A stretch of 64,000 nucleotides of DNA. Origin: Malacoraja senta (Eukaryota). This document shows positions 25,571 through 37,964 of this stretch, in pieces. A program made the translations under genes and the position numbers. The notes under the pieces are model-generated. The model searched no databases. It saw only the letters and a program-made list of their open reading frames with translations, and was not told where the DNA came from. The stretch is taken from assembly GCA_038087875.1 (NCBI GenBank), contig CM075988.1:25112001-25176000 (forward strand), given 5' to 3'. How positions within the stretch are numbered: the stretch's first letter is position 1; every line of letters starts with the position of its first letter.

Positions 25571-26660
25571 TTGTCTTCAGCCCCTGAGTTGCTTGGTGTC
25601 ATTGTCAAGGCACATCCCCCTGCTTCTGTGCTCTCAAACCAGAGCCAAGAGTTCGCTTCTCTCAACTCTATCGTTCTTCAAAAGTTTAATTTTGATTTCC
25701 TTTAACCTTCAGGGAATATGAGCCTCCAGAAGGATCGGCGACATAATTCCACGAGCAGTGTGATTTCTTAAAGTTGCCAGTTATAAACAAGGCCGTATTG
25801 CGAGCATCAGATCCTGTTAGATGTCTAGAATTAGGGTTAATACAAACAGGGCTGATAAAGCTTGCCTTCCTCTCTCTGATCCAACCATTTTCTCACTGTC
25901 TCCTGACCTGTATATCGTGCACAAACGTTCCCGATCATCTTACAGCCTAGCAATGACAAAAACAATAGGATAGTCTGGGACGAGATAATATAAACAAGGT
26001 CCCCGTGTATTTCTGACAATAGAATGGCTATAAATGGATACATGGATTATTTTCTTCTGTACCTCCAATATCAAACACTCTTTATGCTGTTTAACTTGTC
26101 ATCCTCGCATCTGTGCTATATTTTCTGTGGTCAACACGATGTATAAAAATAAATCTGTGATTTTTTTAAATATATAACTCAGTTTTGCTTTGTGGGCAAA
26201 CTTCTACAAGAATAGCTCAAATAAATTGGTGGCTGCTCTTTTATTTAAACTGAATTTCAAATTAGGAAGTGGGATTTGTCGAGTAGTCCCTTTGCTCGAG
26301 AATTGTCACGGGGGGTGGGGGGGTGGAATTGGGGTGGAGGGAAATCCAATCGTTATTGGTCCTTTAAAGGACAATGGGTATTTTATTTGTGGTTTCCAGC
26401 CCACACCTCGCAGACATCAGCAATGGTTTTGATTGCTGTCTGGCTTCAAAGGAGGTAAGCTTGCAGATGAGTTTGCTATGTCCTAAATGGTTGAACTATC
26501 AAAGGATACATGCTCTGTGAGGTTCAAAAGGGTAAAGCAGACAATGCAATGCCAAATTGCTCATTAAAATGACATGCTTCTTCTGCCATCCTGTCTTTGA
26601 ACTTGATTTGATCGATAGGTCTTAACTCAAGCCTTTAGATCTGAAAGGAGAGGAAACCAC

Positions 26661-27030
26661 TTGCATTTACATTGTGCCTTTCACAACCTCAGGACCTCCC
26701 AAGCACTTTACAGCCAGCAAAGTACTTTTGAAGTGTAGTCTCTGTGGTAATGTAGGAAACACTGCCGCCAGTTTATGCACAATAAGCTTCCATGATAATC
26801 CCCCGCATCATTTCTTTTTTGTTTCGTTCGTGGGGTTGCAGGTTGGCATTGGCGCCCAGGGATATCTCTCATGCTCATCATAAAATAGTGCCATGAGACA
26901 CGGCCTCAGTTTATAGCTCAGCCAAGGGTCAGAAGCTTGGACATTCGCAATATAAAGCCAGATTTGTTCTCAGTTTGGGCTTGGAGCCACGAGCTTGCCA
27001 TCCAGGGCTCAGCGTGATCCCAGCTGACCT
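26661..27030 (-). mobile_element. DeuSINE (SacSINE1/AmnSINE1-like)
   Basis: gcactttacagccagcaaagtacttttgaagtgtagtc...tgtaggaaac matches recalled Deu-domain/tail consensus. Confidence 0.75.
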
Positions 27031-27437
27031 TACATAATCTGCAGCTATACCGATGGACAATAAATTAGTGCATATTTAGGGTTGCACTTGATAGCCCAGG
27101 AGCGGCTTTCCACCACCTTCTGTTTGCGAATCTGGTGAAGTGAATATCCCTCCTGTTGGAAGCTCAGTCTGCCCAATATTTAGTCTATTCCATAATCTAG
27201 GAATTAGGTCACATTGATGATCATTTGGAACTAGGCAGTGCAATATCTTGGCAGAATTACATCAGATGCAAAATTGGACCAGGCAGTTACTGGGGGCAGT
27301 TCACGTGATGGTTCCTGACCTCTCCCCACCATTGGGTATGCACCCAAAGTATTCTACATTCAGCATTACATCAACATAAACCAGAGAAGGAAAATCAACG
27401 CTGTGTAGAACATAGAGCACATTGTGGCAATTGGTTG

Positions 27438-27564
27438 TTTAAGAAGGAACTGCAGATGCTGGAACAATCGAAGGTAGATGAACATGCTGGAGAAACTCAG
27501 CATCTGGGTGAGGCAGCATCTGTGGAGCGAAGGAATGGATGACGTTTCGGGTCGAGACCCTTCT
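27438..27564 (-). mobile_element. PLE 3' unit
   Basis: Truncated within the HHR; flanking near-repeat ttgtggcaat(t/c)ggttgtt. Confidence 0.8.
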
Positions 27565-27746
27565 TTGTGGCAATCGGTTGTTCCTTTTACTGCTTTAAAG
27601 GACAGCCGATTGACAGCAGGACAACAAACTTCACAACTTCTCAACTTACTGGAGGCTGCTCAAGCATTGCCACTGAGGGCGATGGAACATACAGGGAGTG
27701 CTCATTCATAAGGTTCTTGAAGAGTACACAACAGTGACCTCAGTAA

Positions 27747-28062
27747 TGGGCCTGTCCCACTCACGCCACCGTTCCAGCGACTGCCGGCGCCCATCATAGG
27801 TCGTCGTTGAAAATTCAGCGGCGACCAGAAAGACGCTACGACTCTTTGGGCGACTGAGGAGACGACTCACGACCATACAGGCGACACCCTGGCGACATAT
27901 CGCGGGGATGAAGCCTGTATGGTCGTGAGTAGTCGCCCAAAGAGTCGTACCTTGTTCTGGTCGCCGCTGGATTTTCAACATGTTGAACTTTTTCGGCGAC
28001 CTGCTGCGACTATGACGGGTGCCGGCAGTTGCTGAAAAAGTCGCGTAAGTGGGACAGGCCCA
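27747..28062. mobile_element. PIF/Harbinger-type MITE
   Basis: TIR TGGGCCTGTCCCACT, TAA/TTA flanks. Confidence 0.8.
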
Positions 28063-28274
28063 TTACTACGATTTTCTATGGACTGTGTCTTTGGTTGCTC
28101 TACACATTTCAGTTGTTGCACTATTATGGTTACCTAGTGTTATGGTTATTAATTTATTTCATTTTTTGATTATTATATGTTATCTATTTATTACTGGCCT
28201 GCTAAGCTCCAACAAGTAAGAATGACATTGTTCCATTGGCATCCATTAACATTTAATCTCTCTTGATTCTTATA

Positions 28275-29190
28275 GTCAGAGTCATACAGCATGGAAACAG
28301 GCCAGGTCGCCTTAGATGTTCCACCTACGCTGGCCCCACCACCCACATTTGGCCCAAATCCCTCTAAATCTTTCCTATCCATGTATCTATGCAAATGTCT
28401 TTTAAGTGTTGTTCTAGTACCTGCCTCAACAACCTCCTCTGGCATCAATCCATACCCACTACCCTCTGTGTGGAAATATTGCCCCTCAGGCTCCGAGTGA
28501 ATCTTCCCCCTCCCTCTTGAAACCCTCCCACTGCCGGTTCTTCATTCCTCTACTCTGAGTAAAAGACTCTGTGCATTTATTCTATCTATTCCGCTCATGA
28601 TTCTATACATCACTATAAGACTCCTGCACTCCAAAGGCATAAAGTCCTGGCCTGCCTAACATTTTGCTTAGGCTCTCGAGTCCTGGCAACATCCTTGTAA
28701 ATATTCTCCGCACTCTTTCCAGCTTGTTGACATCCTTCCTATAGTATGGTGACCAATATTGCAGACAGACCGTGCCTTTGCGGTTGCAGCTCCTAGACTG
28801 TGGAACAGCATCCTTCTTCCCATCAGAACTGCCCCCTCCATCGACTCCTTTAAGTCGAGACTTAAAACTCATCTTTACTCTCAAGCCTTTCTTGACGTCC
28901 TCTGAGTGAGGGCTATATGTATGTATTTATGTATGTACTTAATCTATGAACCAATGTTGTATAACGTTAATACCTCCACCAATGTGAAGCGCTTTGGTCA
29001 ACGAGAGTTGTTTTTTAAATGTGCTATAGAAATAAAAGTGACTTGACTTGACTTGAGTGTCTTGACAGTGCTCTAAATACAGTCTCAATAATGTATTTTG
29101 TACAACTGTAACATAACATACCAACTTCTCTATTCAATACCCTGACTGATGAAGGCAAATGTACTGAAAGGTTCATGACCACCCTATGAC
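28275..29190 (-). mobile_element. CR1 fragment split by an L2 insertion
   Basis: LQYWSPYYRKDVNKLERVRRIFTRMLPGL; continues ~29060-29190. Confidence 0.8.
28765..29055 (+). mobile_element. L2 LINE 3' end
   Basis: DRAFAVAAPRLWNSILLPIRTAPSIDSFKSRLKTHL; (gactt)n tail. Confidence 0.85.
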
Positions 29191-29314
29191 ACTTAATCCC
29201 TTTTAATCTTTTTCATATCCATCAACTTCTCTACCTGTTTCTCCTGCCATACAACTAAACTTGGGCTCATTTACACCTGCCAATCCTATTCCCCACTACC
29301 TCATCTTTGGTATG

Positions 29315-29685
29315 TAAGTAAGTAAGTAAGTTTATTGGCCAAGTATTCACATACAAGGAATTTACCTTGGTGCTCCACCCACAAGTAACAACATGACATA
29401 CAGTGACAGTTATGAATGACTCAGAAAACACTAAATATGAATAATAATGACATTAATGATAAAACACCATTGATCAAGCATGTGAACCAACAAAATACCA
29501 GATCAAAGGGAGGCGACAGATTTTTGGCTGTTGAGTAGAGCAACTACTCGTGGATAAAAACAGTTTTTATGTCTGGCTGTGGCAGCTTTGACAATCCGGA
29601 GTCGCCTTCCAGAGGGAAGTGATTCAAAGAGTTTGTGGCCAGGGTGAGAGGGGTCAGAGATGATCTTGCCCGCTCGCTTCCTGGC
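29315..29685 (-). mobile_element. Rex1/Babar 3' end (young family)
   Basis: IISDPSHPGHKLFESLPSGRRLR...FYPRVVALLN; (taag)n tail on the plus strand. Confidence 0.85.
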
Positions 29686-30088
29686 GTGTGTGGGAGGAAA
29701 CCAGATGTGGGAGGTATCCCGGTGTGTGGGAGGAAACCGGAACTCCCAGGGGAAACCCACTCAGTCGCAGGAAGAACATGCAAACTCCACACAGACGGCA
29801 ACCCACCTCAGATATTGATTGAATCGAATTGATTGAATTTCCTTCATTGTCATTCAAACAAGCTTGAACGAAATTTCGTACCATGCAGTCAAGACAGTGA
29901 AAAGCAACAAAACACACAACTAACACAACTGAACACAAACATCCTTCACAGTGAATCTCCGGGCACCTCCTCACTGTGATGGAAGGCAAAAAGTCTCATC
30001 TCTTCCCTGACTCGCTGGAGCAGTGGGACAGCATTGCCAACTCCTGCACCACATGACACTCAAAGTCGTGAAGCGTTTCCTATCTTTT

Positions 30089-30506
30089 GGCAGACACGGT
30101 GGCACAGCGGTAGAGTTGCTGCCTTACACCGCCAGAGGCCCGGGTTCAATTCTGTTTATGAGTGCTGTCTGTACGGAGTTTGTACGCTCTCCCCATGACC
30201 TGCATGTGTTTTCTCCGGGATCTCCGGTTTCCTCCCACACTCCAAAGACGTACAGGTTTGTGGATAAATTGAATGAATGAATGAATGAATGAATGAATGA
30301 ATGAATAGTTTGAATGAATGAATAGTTTATTTTGGTAATACATTAAAAAGAACAATTGGTTTGGCCCAATTGTAAATTGCCCCTAGTGTGTGTAGGATAG
30401 CTATAGCAGCAGGCCATAGGAACTGCTGGTCGGCACGGAGTCGGTGGGCCGAAGGGCCTATTTCCACAAAGCATTTCTAAACTAAACTAAGCTAAGCTAA
30501 TCTAAA
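30089..30506 (+). mobile_element. HE1 SINE containing a (TGAA)n insertion
   Basis: Head, V-domain and tail; microsatellite 30270-30322. Confidence 0.85.
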
Positions 30507-31129
30507 CACTACGCCACCTCTCTACTGAATCCTAGCCATGGTTTCACTATAACGGAGTCTGTCTCTACAAACTGTAACGTGATCAATAAGCTGCTATGCT
30601 TCAAGGCAGTGCTTCTTCATATCAGCGCAGAGGCAACGATTATATAAAACATGCCCAATCAATACACTTGACTTCTATCAAAGTCTGCAGAACAGTTTAT
30701 TCTGAGCTGCAGAACTTATAAAAAGCAGCTCCAGAATCCAAGCACTGGGACTCCATCAACAGATTGGGTCCTTGGGCCTTGGAGAGTCTTGTGGTTGAAG
30801 CTGACCCATGTCACAGATTAATAGATACAGCGGTCTCAATAACAGCACCGAGTGGTCTTTGCAGTTGATTCTACATATTCGTATATTGCTATCCGAGGCT
30901 CTTCTCTCTTGATTGATCACTGGAGAAATCCTGCTGCTGCTGCTCGCGGCCATTAAAGATTCATTATGCTGAGCATGCGTTAGCAATTTCTAACCAATTC
31001 AGTTTGCCGCAGGATGCAAAGCTTCGGGCCGAGCCTGGGTCAGCCGGGCAAACAAATGCAGAGGGAGATTTCTCCGTCCTGCACTTGCGAACCAGGAGGA
31101 GGAAAATGTTGGCACCAAAACTGGAAATG

Positions 31130-31820
31130 TCAAAAACTAGGGGCCATAACTTTAAAGGAGATGTGTGAGAATTTTTTTTTACACAGAGTGTGCAGTAGGT
31201 GCCTGGGACATGCTGCCAAGGGTGGTGGCGAAGGCAGATACAATAGTGGGATTTAAGAGGCTTTTAGATATGTACATGGATATGCCGGGAATGGAGAGAT
31301 ATTGGTCACCTTCAGGCAGGAGAGAGTGGCTTAACTTGCATCATGTTTCAGCTCAGTTTAGTTTACAGTGAAAAGCCTTTGTTGCGTGCTGGCCACACTC
31401 TTATCTGTCTACTTTGGGGTACTGAATGTGGATGATCAGCCATGATCACAGTGAATGGCGGTGCTGGCCCGATGGGCCGAATGGCCTACTCCTCCACCTA
31501 TTGTCTGTTGTCTACTACCAAGTGGAAGAAGGTACGGAAGCCTGAGAAATGTCACATCCAGGTTTAGGAGCAGCAGCTTCTCATCAAGTTCTTGAACCAC
31601 CCTTCGCTACCCTAACCACAACCCTACCTCAGCACCGAACTAGTCTGGACTTTGTATAAGGGTGCACTTCATGCTTTGGCTCGCACCGTTATGGTCTGCA
31701 TGCCTCGTATAACTGGTGATTTATTGCCTTTTGTTTATTGCATATTTATTGTTATGTTGTTGCATTAATGTGCTTGTAAAGATGAGCAAGTAAGAATTTT
31801 ATTGTCCCAGTTTCCATTAA
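31130..31820 (+). mobile_element. Patchwork of CR1 and Rex1 3' fragments
   Basis: actaggggccataac...gggacatgctgcc; gatcagccatgatc; LPSGRRYGSL remnant. Confidence 0.65.
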
Positions 31821-31882
31821 AACCTCTTGTGGAATTTTATAGTTCCCCAGGAATGCAGACAAACACACATTTTCAACCAAGG

Positions 31883-31898
31883 GCCAGTAGATGGCAAC
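31883..31898 (+). promoter_or_regulatory. CTCF-like motif
   Basis: GCCAGTAGATGGCAAC matches CCASYAGRKGGC. Confidence 0.45.
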
Positions 31899-32162
31899 GT
31901 TCTGGTCTGAAGGGTCACTGAAAGTGTCAGCGTTGTTCGATCATTAACCCTGACCTATCAGTTCCATACAGGCCAACCAAGCCTTGCCACCTGGCTACTT
32001 TATAGCACTAGGGTTGATTTTGTGGTCTGGGTAAGTGAAGTGGTCTGGTCAGTAAGTGGTCTGGTCAGCCACTGTTTTACATTGCACTCATCAGGTCTAT
32101 TATTGTCACGTATGCCGAGGTATAAAGCTTTTGCTTTGCATGCTAACAAGTCAAATCAGGTA

Positions 32163-32500
32163 AAGTAAGTAAGTAAGTTTATTGGCCAAGTATTCACATA
32201 CAAGGAATTTGCCTTGGTGCTCCGCCCACAAGTAACAACATGACATACAGTGACAGTTACAAATGACTCAGAAAACACTAAACATTAATAATAATAAAAC
32301 ATTAATGATAAAACACCATTGATCAAGCATGTGAACCAACAAAATACCAGATCAAAGGGAGGCGACAGATTTTTGGCTGTTGAGTAGAGCAACTACTCGT
32401 GGATAAAAACTGTTTTTATGTCTGGCTGTGGCAGCTTTGACAATCCGGAGTCGCCTTCCAGAGGGAAGTGATTCAAAGAGTTTGTGGCCGGGGTGAGAGG
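32163..32500 (-). mobile_element. Rex1/Babar 3' end, near-identical to 29315-29650
   Basis: Direct sequence comparison. Confidence 0.85.
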
Positions 32501-32791
32501 TTTAAATCTAGGTTTAAATCTAAACCTAAATACAATCATGGCAATCTCACGTACAATAAGGAGGGAAAAGAGATTTGAAAGAGTGGGGCGATTGTATTGG
32601 ATGATTGTAGGACCTCCTCTGGGACCAGCTGGCAAAGAGTCACCACACTTCAGTACCATCGTGCACCTTTCATCAATCTGCAACTTTACACCTTTGCTCA
32701 AAGTCAAAGAGACCCACTCCCAGTCTAAGACTCCCAGTCTAAGAAGAAGCACTTCTCTCAAAGGAAGTACAAATTCAAAAATAGTTTGTTT

Positions 32792-33099
32792 AATTTAGTT
32801 TAGTATAGAGATACAGTGCGGAAACAGGCCTTTCTGCCCACCAAATCCATGCCGACCTGCGATCCACGCACACTGTCACTACCCTACACACACTAGGAAC
32901 AATTTACACTTATACCAAGCCAATTAACCAGCAGACATGTACGTCTTTGGAGTGTGGGAGGAAACCAGAGATTCAGAAGAAAATCCACGCGGTCACGGGG
33001 AGAACGTACAAACTCCGAGCAGACAAACACCTATGGTCAGGATCGAATCCGGATCCCTGCTGCTTTAAAGCAGCAACTCTACCGCTGCGCCACCGTGCC
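32792..33099 (-). mobile_element. HE1-type SINE
   Basis: Full-length reverse copy. Confidence 0.88.
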
Positions 33100-33549
33100 A
33101 TTTGAAAGAACACAATTTAATAAAAGTGAACTAATTTGGCAGACAAATCGCAGAGGAGGAAGATGGGCATACGCCACCAGAATGGGCAGGGAGAAGAGAT
33201 TAGCACCTCTAAATGGGACCAGGTTCACTATCTATAAAGAAAAGAAGGTAATTGCAAATTGAAACAGTAGCAACAGCAACTAAACTTGCAGCCAGTTTAA
33301 ACAGAGACTGGTTCAACGGGCCAAGTGGCCTAGTTCTGCCTCGTACGATTCTCTGATTTGGACAATTTTAATACAAATTATGCAGCATTGAATTTGGAGC
33401 GGATTATATTTCACCTCTTGAAGAAACTTTATCCTCTCCCTTTGTTCCTGAATTCCTCATAGAAACATTGAAGACTCAGGTGATTTGGTCAATTGAGCTT
33501 CCTGTGCCATTTTGATTGTCATGGCAATGTTACCTTTATAATTCTATCA

Positions 33550-33770
33550 CCTGGATGTATTCAAGAGAGAGTTGGATATAGCTCTTTGGGCTAACGCAAT
33601 CAAGGGATATGGGGTGAAAACAGGAACGGGGTACTGATTTAGGATAATAATAATAATAATAATACTTTTTATTTATATAGCGCTTTTCAGGACTCAAAGT
33701 CGCTTAAATGATCAGCCATGATCATATCGAAGGGGCGAATGGCCTACTCCTGCACCTATTTTCTATGTCA
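33550..33770 (+). mobile_element. CR1/HER1 3' end with nested (TAA)n L2-type tail
   Basis: Standard 3' UTR interrupted at ~33646-33707. Confidence 0.75.
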
Positions 33771-34879
33771 ATGTCCTCCAGAGATGCTGCATGAAAAGGG
33801 TGGTCGGGATGGAGGAGCAGAGGGCTTGATTCCATGTTCCATCTCTCTAGGACTCTGTAACTATTGACTAGCTTGCCTCATGCATTACAACCTCAAATAT
33901 CCACCAAAACTACCACTGATTGGAATCATGCTAGACGTTTAGACTTCCTGAGGCTGTGAGAGACTCTAAAGTTATGCAAGCACTTTATTTCTTTAAATCT
34001 CTCTTCAAAATAAAAGCTTATTGGCATCTGAGTTATACCATAACCCACCCGCTTGTTGAAGAGGCCACACCTGCGGTAAAAGAAATCCAAATAGTGTAGC
34101 CCCCGGGGAATTTTTTCTAAAATAGTGTACACACATTTAACAACTTCCCTGAAACATACGGTTTTCTTTGGAAGGAATTTCGAAAACAGTAAAATAAAAC
34201 GAAGGATTTAAAATCCCGACGGAGGGTGACCTTTGACCCGCTTCCACCACCAACCCTAAACTCCACAGCAGAAGGGTTCATGCTTGTCGGGACTGGACAC
34301 ACAGTGCCTGGGAATGTCAGTGCATGGTGGCATGGAGCGAACAAAGAGGTTATGGAAAGGTTGAACATAAAAACACAGGGCGCACTGTTACCCACCACAG
34401 GCATGCTGGAAACTGCCCAGTTACTGTAAAATTATCCCCCTCCACCCTCTACTGTAACCTGCTTCTCCTCAAAGCCGCCTTTGTCAGGCCACATTTGGAT
34501 GTGATTAGGACACTGGAGCACAGACACCTGTCATTTTGTTTCAATTTACTTGTCTTTGCTGGTCAGGGGAGACTTCGAATCCAGCTCCAAAAAAAAAACC
34601 CTATTGCAACAGGATCCTCATCACAGAAATGTTTCAGCATTGTTTCAGTACAGTTGAAAGCTTTTAAACGAGATTCATTTCATCTGACAGGATAATCTGC
34701 AGTCTGTTCGTCTTACAGAAGAAGTACCTGTGCTGAAGAATGTTGCCATATTCCCCACTTGTGGTAGTTGCAACCTCTTTCAGTCACAGTGAGTGCAGGC
34801 ACAGTAGGCTTGTGTTTGCATTCTGCTTAGGAATAGATTTCCTTAGGTCTGTGTTTAATGATGGTCCCAGTTACAAACT

Positions 34880-35390
34880 ACAGGTGGATCTGCTAGAACG
34901 CGATAGTTGTGTTCCTAAGAAACCTCGCGTCGTAGAAAATCCACGTAACTAAAAACATTTATGTCAAGGAGGGAAAGGGGTTCTGATCTGGAGAGAGTTT
35001 CAGACTCGCAACAATAAATGGGCCTGTCCCACTTAGGCGTTTTTTTAGGCGACTAGGACAAGGGAATTCACTGAAGTTAGCAATGGCGAAAATCTACATT
35101 AACCTGGCGACAACCTACATTAACTTGGCAACAACTCACGACAGCACCTACAACAACCTACGCCAGCCCAAATTGTCGCCACTGTCGCCGAAAATTTTTC
35201 AACATGTTGAAACTTTTTCGGCAGTCGCCTGTAGTCGCCTAAAAAATCACCTAAGTGGGACAGGCCCAAAATGTTCTTCCCTGCAGGATTATCAAACGTT
35301 CACAAATGTCTTTTTAACAGTTCTACGTTTATTTTGTCACTGCTAGCTACAAATACCGAATGGTGCCTTGTTTAAGAGCGTATCATTGTA
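34880..35390. mobile_element. Possible Tigger/pogo-like DNA transposon remnant
   Basis: TA-CAGGTGG start and aacgcgatag...aaacctcgcg subterminal motif; interrupted by a MITE. Confidence 0.35.
35019..35268. mobile_element. PIF/Harbinger-type MITE
   Basis: TIR TGGGCCTGTCCCACTTAGG; AAA flanks. Confidence 0.8.
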
Positions 35391-35729
35391 CAAATGCCAA
35401 TAGAAACAATCGCTGGTCAATTACAATGGCCACCCATGATGATCCTGACGGAACATCAGTTATGTTATAATGAGGAGACAGAGCAAAGGAAGGAGATTGA
35501 GAACCCCGTAACCTGCTGCCAAGACAACAACCTCTCCCTCAATGTCAGCAAGACAAAGGAGATAGCGATTGGCTTCTAGAAGTGAAGCGGTATACACACA
35601 CACATTGATAGGGCCGAAGTGAATGAAGATGGTCAAAAACGTCAAGTTCTTATGAATAAATGTCACCAACCTGGACCAGCCACATCAAAGCTATGGTCAA
35701 GAAAGCACACCAATACCTCTATTTCCTTA

Positions 35730-36041
35730 AGGGGCTGTCCCACTGTACCAGCTAATTCAAGAGTTCTCCCGAGTTTCCCCTGATTCGAACTCGGAGAATT
35801 ACGGTAATAGCCGCTCGTAGGTACACGGGGCTCTCGTGGACATTTTTCAACATGTTGAAAAATCTTCACGAGTCTTCACGAGCTTACCGCGTTTCCCGAG
35901 TACCGTTAGCGTTACGAGCCGCTAAGAGACGTCCCGAGCTCCGATGTACCCGCTACGTACATTCTACGTGCTGACCACGAGTTTGATTTTTTAAAAACTC
36001 GGGAGAGCTCTTGAATTAGCTCGTACAGTGGGACAGGCCCT
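35730..36041. mobile_element. PIF/Harbinger-type MITE
   Basis: TIR AGGG(G/C)CTGTCCCACTGTAC; TTA TSD supported by the reconstituted Rex1 target. Confidence 0.88.
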
Positions 36042-36136
36042 TTAGAAAGCTCAGAAAGTTTGGTATGTCCCCAACAACCCTTACCTATAGATGTGCCGTA
36101 GAAAGCATTTTATCGGGATGCATCACAGCATGGCAT

Positions 36137-36270
36137 GGGTCTGAAGAAGGGTCTCGACACGAAACGTCATCCATTCCTTCTCTCCAGAGATGCTGCCTGT
36201 CCCGCTGAGTTACTCCAGCTTTTTGTGTCTATCTTCGGTTTAAACCAGCATCTGCAGTTCCTTCTTGCAC
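36137..36270 (+). mobile_element. PLE 3' unit with near-intact HHR (36141-36168)
   Basis: atgggt-CTGAAGA...GAAACGTC-atccat gives a 6-bp stem I; one stem II mismatch. Confidence 0.8.
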
Positions 36271-37155
36271 ATGGTTTGAGAACAGCTCCATCCAAGGGCA
36301 TAAGAAATGACAGACAGTTGCAGACAATCACACAAACCAACATCCCTTCCACTAACTCCATCTACACCTCACACTGCCTCAGCAAGGCCACCAACTAGGA
36401 TGAGTCTCACCCTAGTCACTCCCTCTTCACCCCTCTCCCATCAGGCAAGAGCTACAGAGGCTTGAAAATGCACACCTCCAGATTCAAGGACAGTTTCTTC
36501 AAAGCTGTTATCAGGCAACTGAACCGTCCTCTCACCAGCTAGAATGCAGTCCTGACCTCCCATCTACTTCACTGGAGACTTATGAACTACCTTTATTCTG
36601 ACTTTATCTTGCACTGAATATTGTACCCGTTAATCTTTATCTGTACACTGTTGATGCCTTGATTGTACTCACTTATTTAACTGGATACAAATGAAAATGG
36701 GGTTGAGAGGGGAAGATAGATCAGCCATGATTGAATGGCGGAGTAGACTTGATGGGCTGAATGGCCTAAATCTGCTCCAACAACTTATGTACATGAATGC
36801 AGTTAATTTTACAGGGAAAAAATTGGATTAAAAAATCTAAAATGTCCCTAATACTTAAAGGAATTAATTGATAATCCTCGATTGTGAGTGAGTTATTTAA
36901 TTAATTAGTAGCCTTGATCGTGAGTGAGTTAATGGCATTAGCTGTTGCTCTGATATATGCATCAAAGGTAACAGATTGAAGTCCCATATCAAGGGCTACA
37001 GCCCATATTTTAGGCTGACTCGCCTTTGGAGAACTGAGGGTGCACTAGACTGCCCGAGTTCCAGATAAAGGATTAAACTGAGGACCTGAGCACCAAATAA
37101 AAGATCCCAAGACAATATTTTGGAGAACAACAGTGAAATTATTCTTTATATCTTG

Positions 37156-37559
37156 AAGGTTGACAAAAATGCTGGAGAAACTCAGCGGGTGAGGCAGCAT
37201 CTATGGAGCGAAGGAATAGGCGACGTTTCGGGTCGAGACCCTTCTTCAGACTGATGTGGGGGGTTGGGGGGGGGGGAAGGAAAAAGAAAGGAAGAGGCGG
37301 AGACAGTGGGCTGTGGGAGAGCTGGGAAGGGGAAGGGGAATGATGGAGAAAGCAAGGACTACCTGAAATTGGAGAAGCCAATGTTCATACCGCTGGGGTG
37401 TAAACTACCCAAGCGCAATATGAGGTGCTGCTCCTCCAATTTGCGATGGGACTCACTCTGGCCCTGGAGGAGGCCCAGGACAGAAAGGTCGGATTTGGAA
37501 TGGGAGGGGGAGTTGAAGTGCTGAGCCACCGGGAGATCAGGTTGGTTATTGCGAACTGA
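37156..37559 (-). mobile_element. Penelope-like element 3' end (GIY-YIG C-terminus, 3' UTR, HHR)
   Basis: 37559-37359 reads SVRNNQPDLPVAQHFNSPSHSKSDLSVLGL...RKLEEQHLILRLGSLHPSGMNIGFSNFR* (Neptune-like). Confidence 0.9.
37222..37249 (-). ncRNA. Minimal hammerhead ribozyme motif
   Basis: CTGAAGA-A-GGGTCTCGACCC-GAAACGTC intact. Confidence 0.7.
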
Positions 37560-37632
37560 TGATTAGTTCACTGGATGTGGGTATCACTGGCAAGGCTGCG
37601 ATTTATTGCCCATCCTTAATTGACCTGGGCTG

Positions 37633-37937
37633 AGTTTAGTTTAGTTTAGAGATACAGCGTGGAAACAGGCCCTTCGGCCCACTGAGTCCACCGAGTCCAC
37701 CGATCACCGTACACTTGTTCCATCCTCAACACACTAGGAACAATTTACAATCTTTACTGAAGACGATTAGCCTGCAAACCTGCCCATCTTTGGAGTGTGG
37801 GAGGAATCCAGAACACCTGGAGAAAACCCACGCAGTCACGGGGAGAACGTCCAAACTTAAAACAGACGGCATCTGTAGTCAGGATTGAACCTGTGTCTCT
37901 GGCGCTGTAAGACAGCAACTCTACCGCTGCGACACCC
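37633..37937 (-). mobile_element. HE1-type SINE
   Basis: Full-length reverse copy. Confidence 0.88.
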
Positions 37938-37964
37938 GATTGTCCTTTATGTCCTGACATTATT

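Larger units (their letters stand above)
35460..36690 (+). mobile_element. Decayed Rex1/Babar ORF with nested MITE and PLE unit
   Basis: CQDNNLSLNVSKTKEI...KKAHQYLYFL...YRCAVESILSGCITAW...PLPSGKSYRGL. Confidence 0.85.

Noticed and set aside
29315..32500. Segmental duplication or LTR pair formed by two near-identical 340-bp segments
   Set aside because: Both are 3' ends of the same Rex1 family with microsatellite tails and different truncation points
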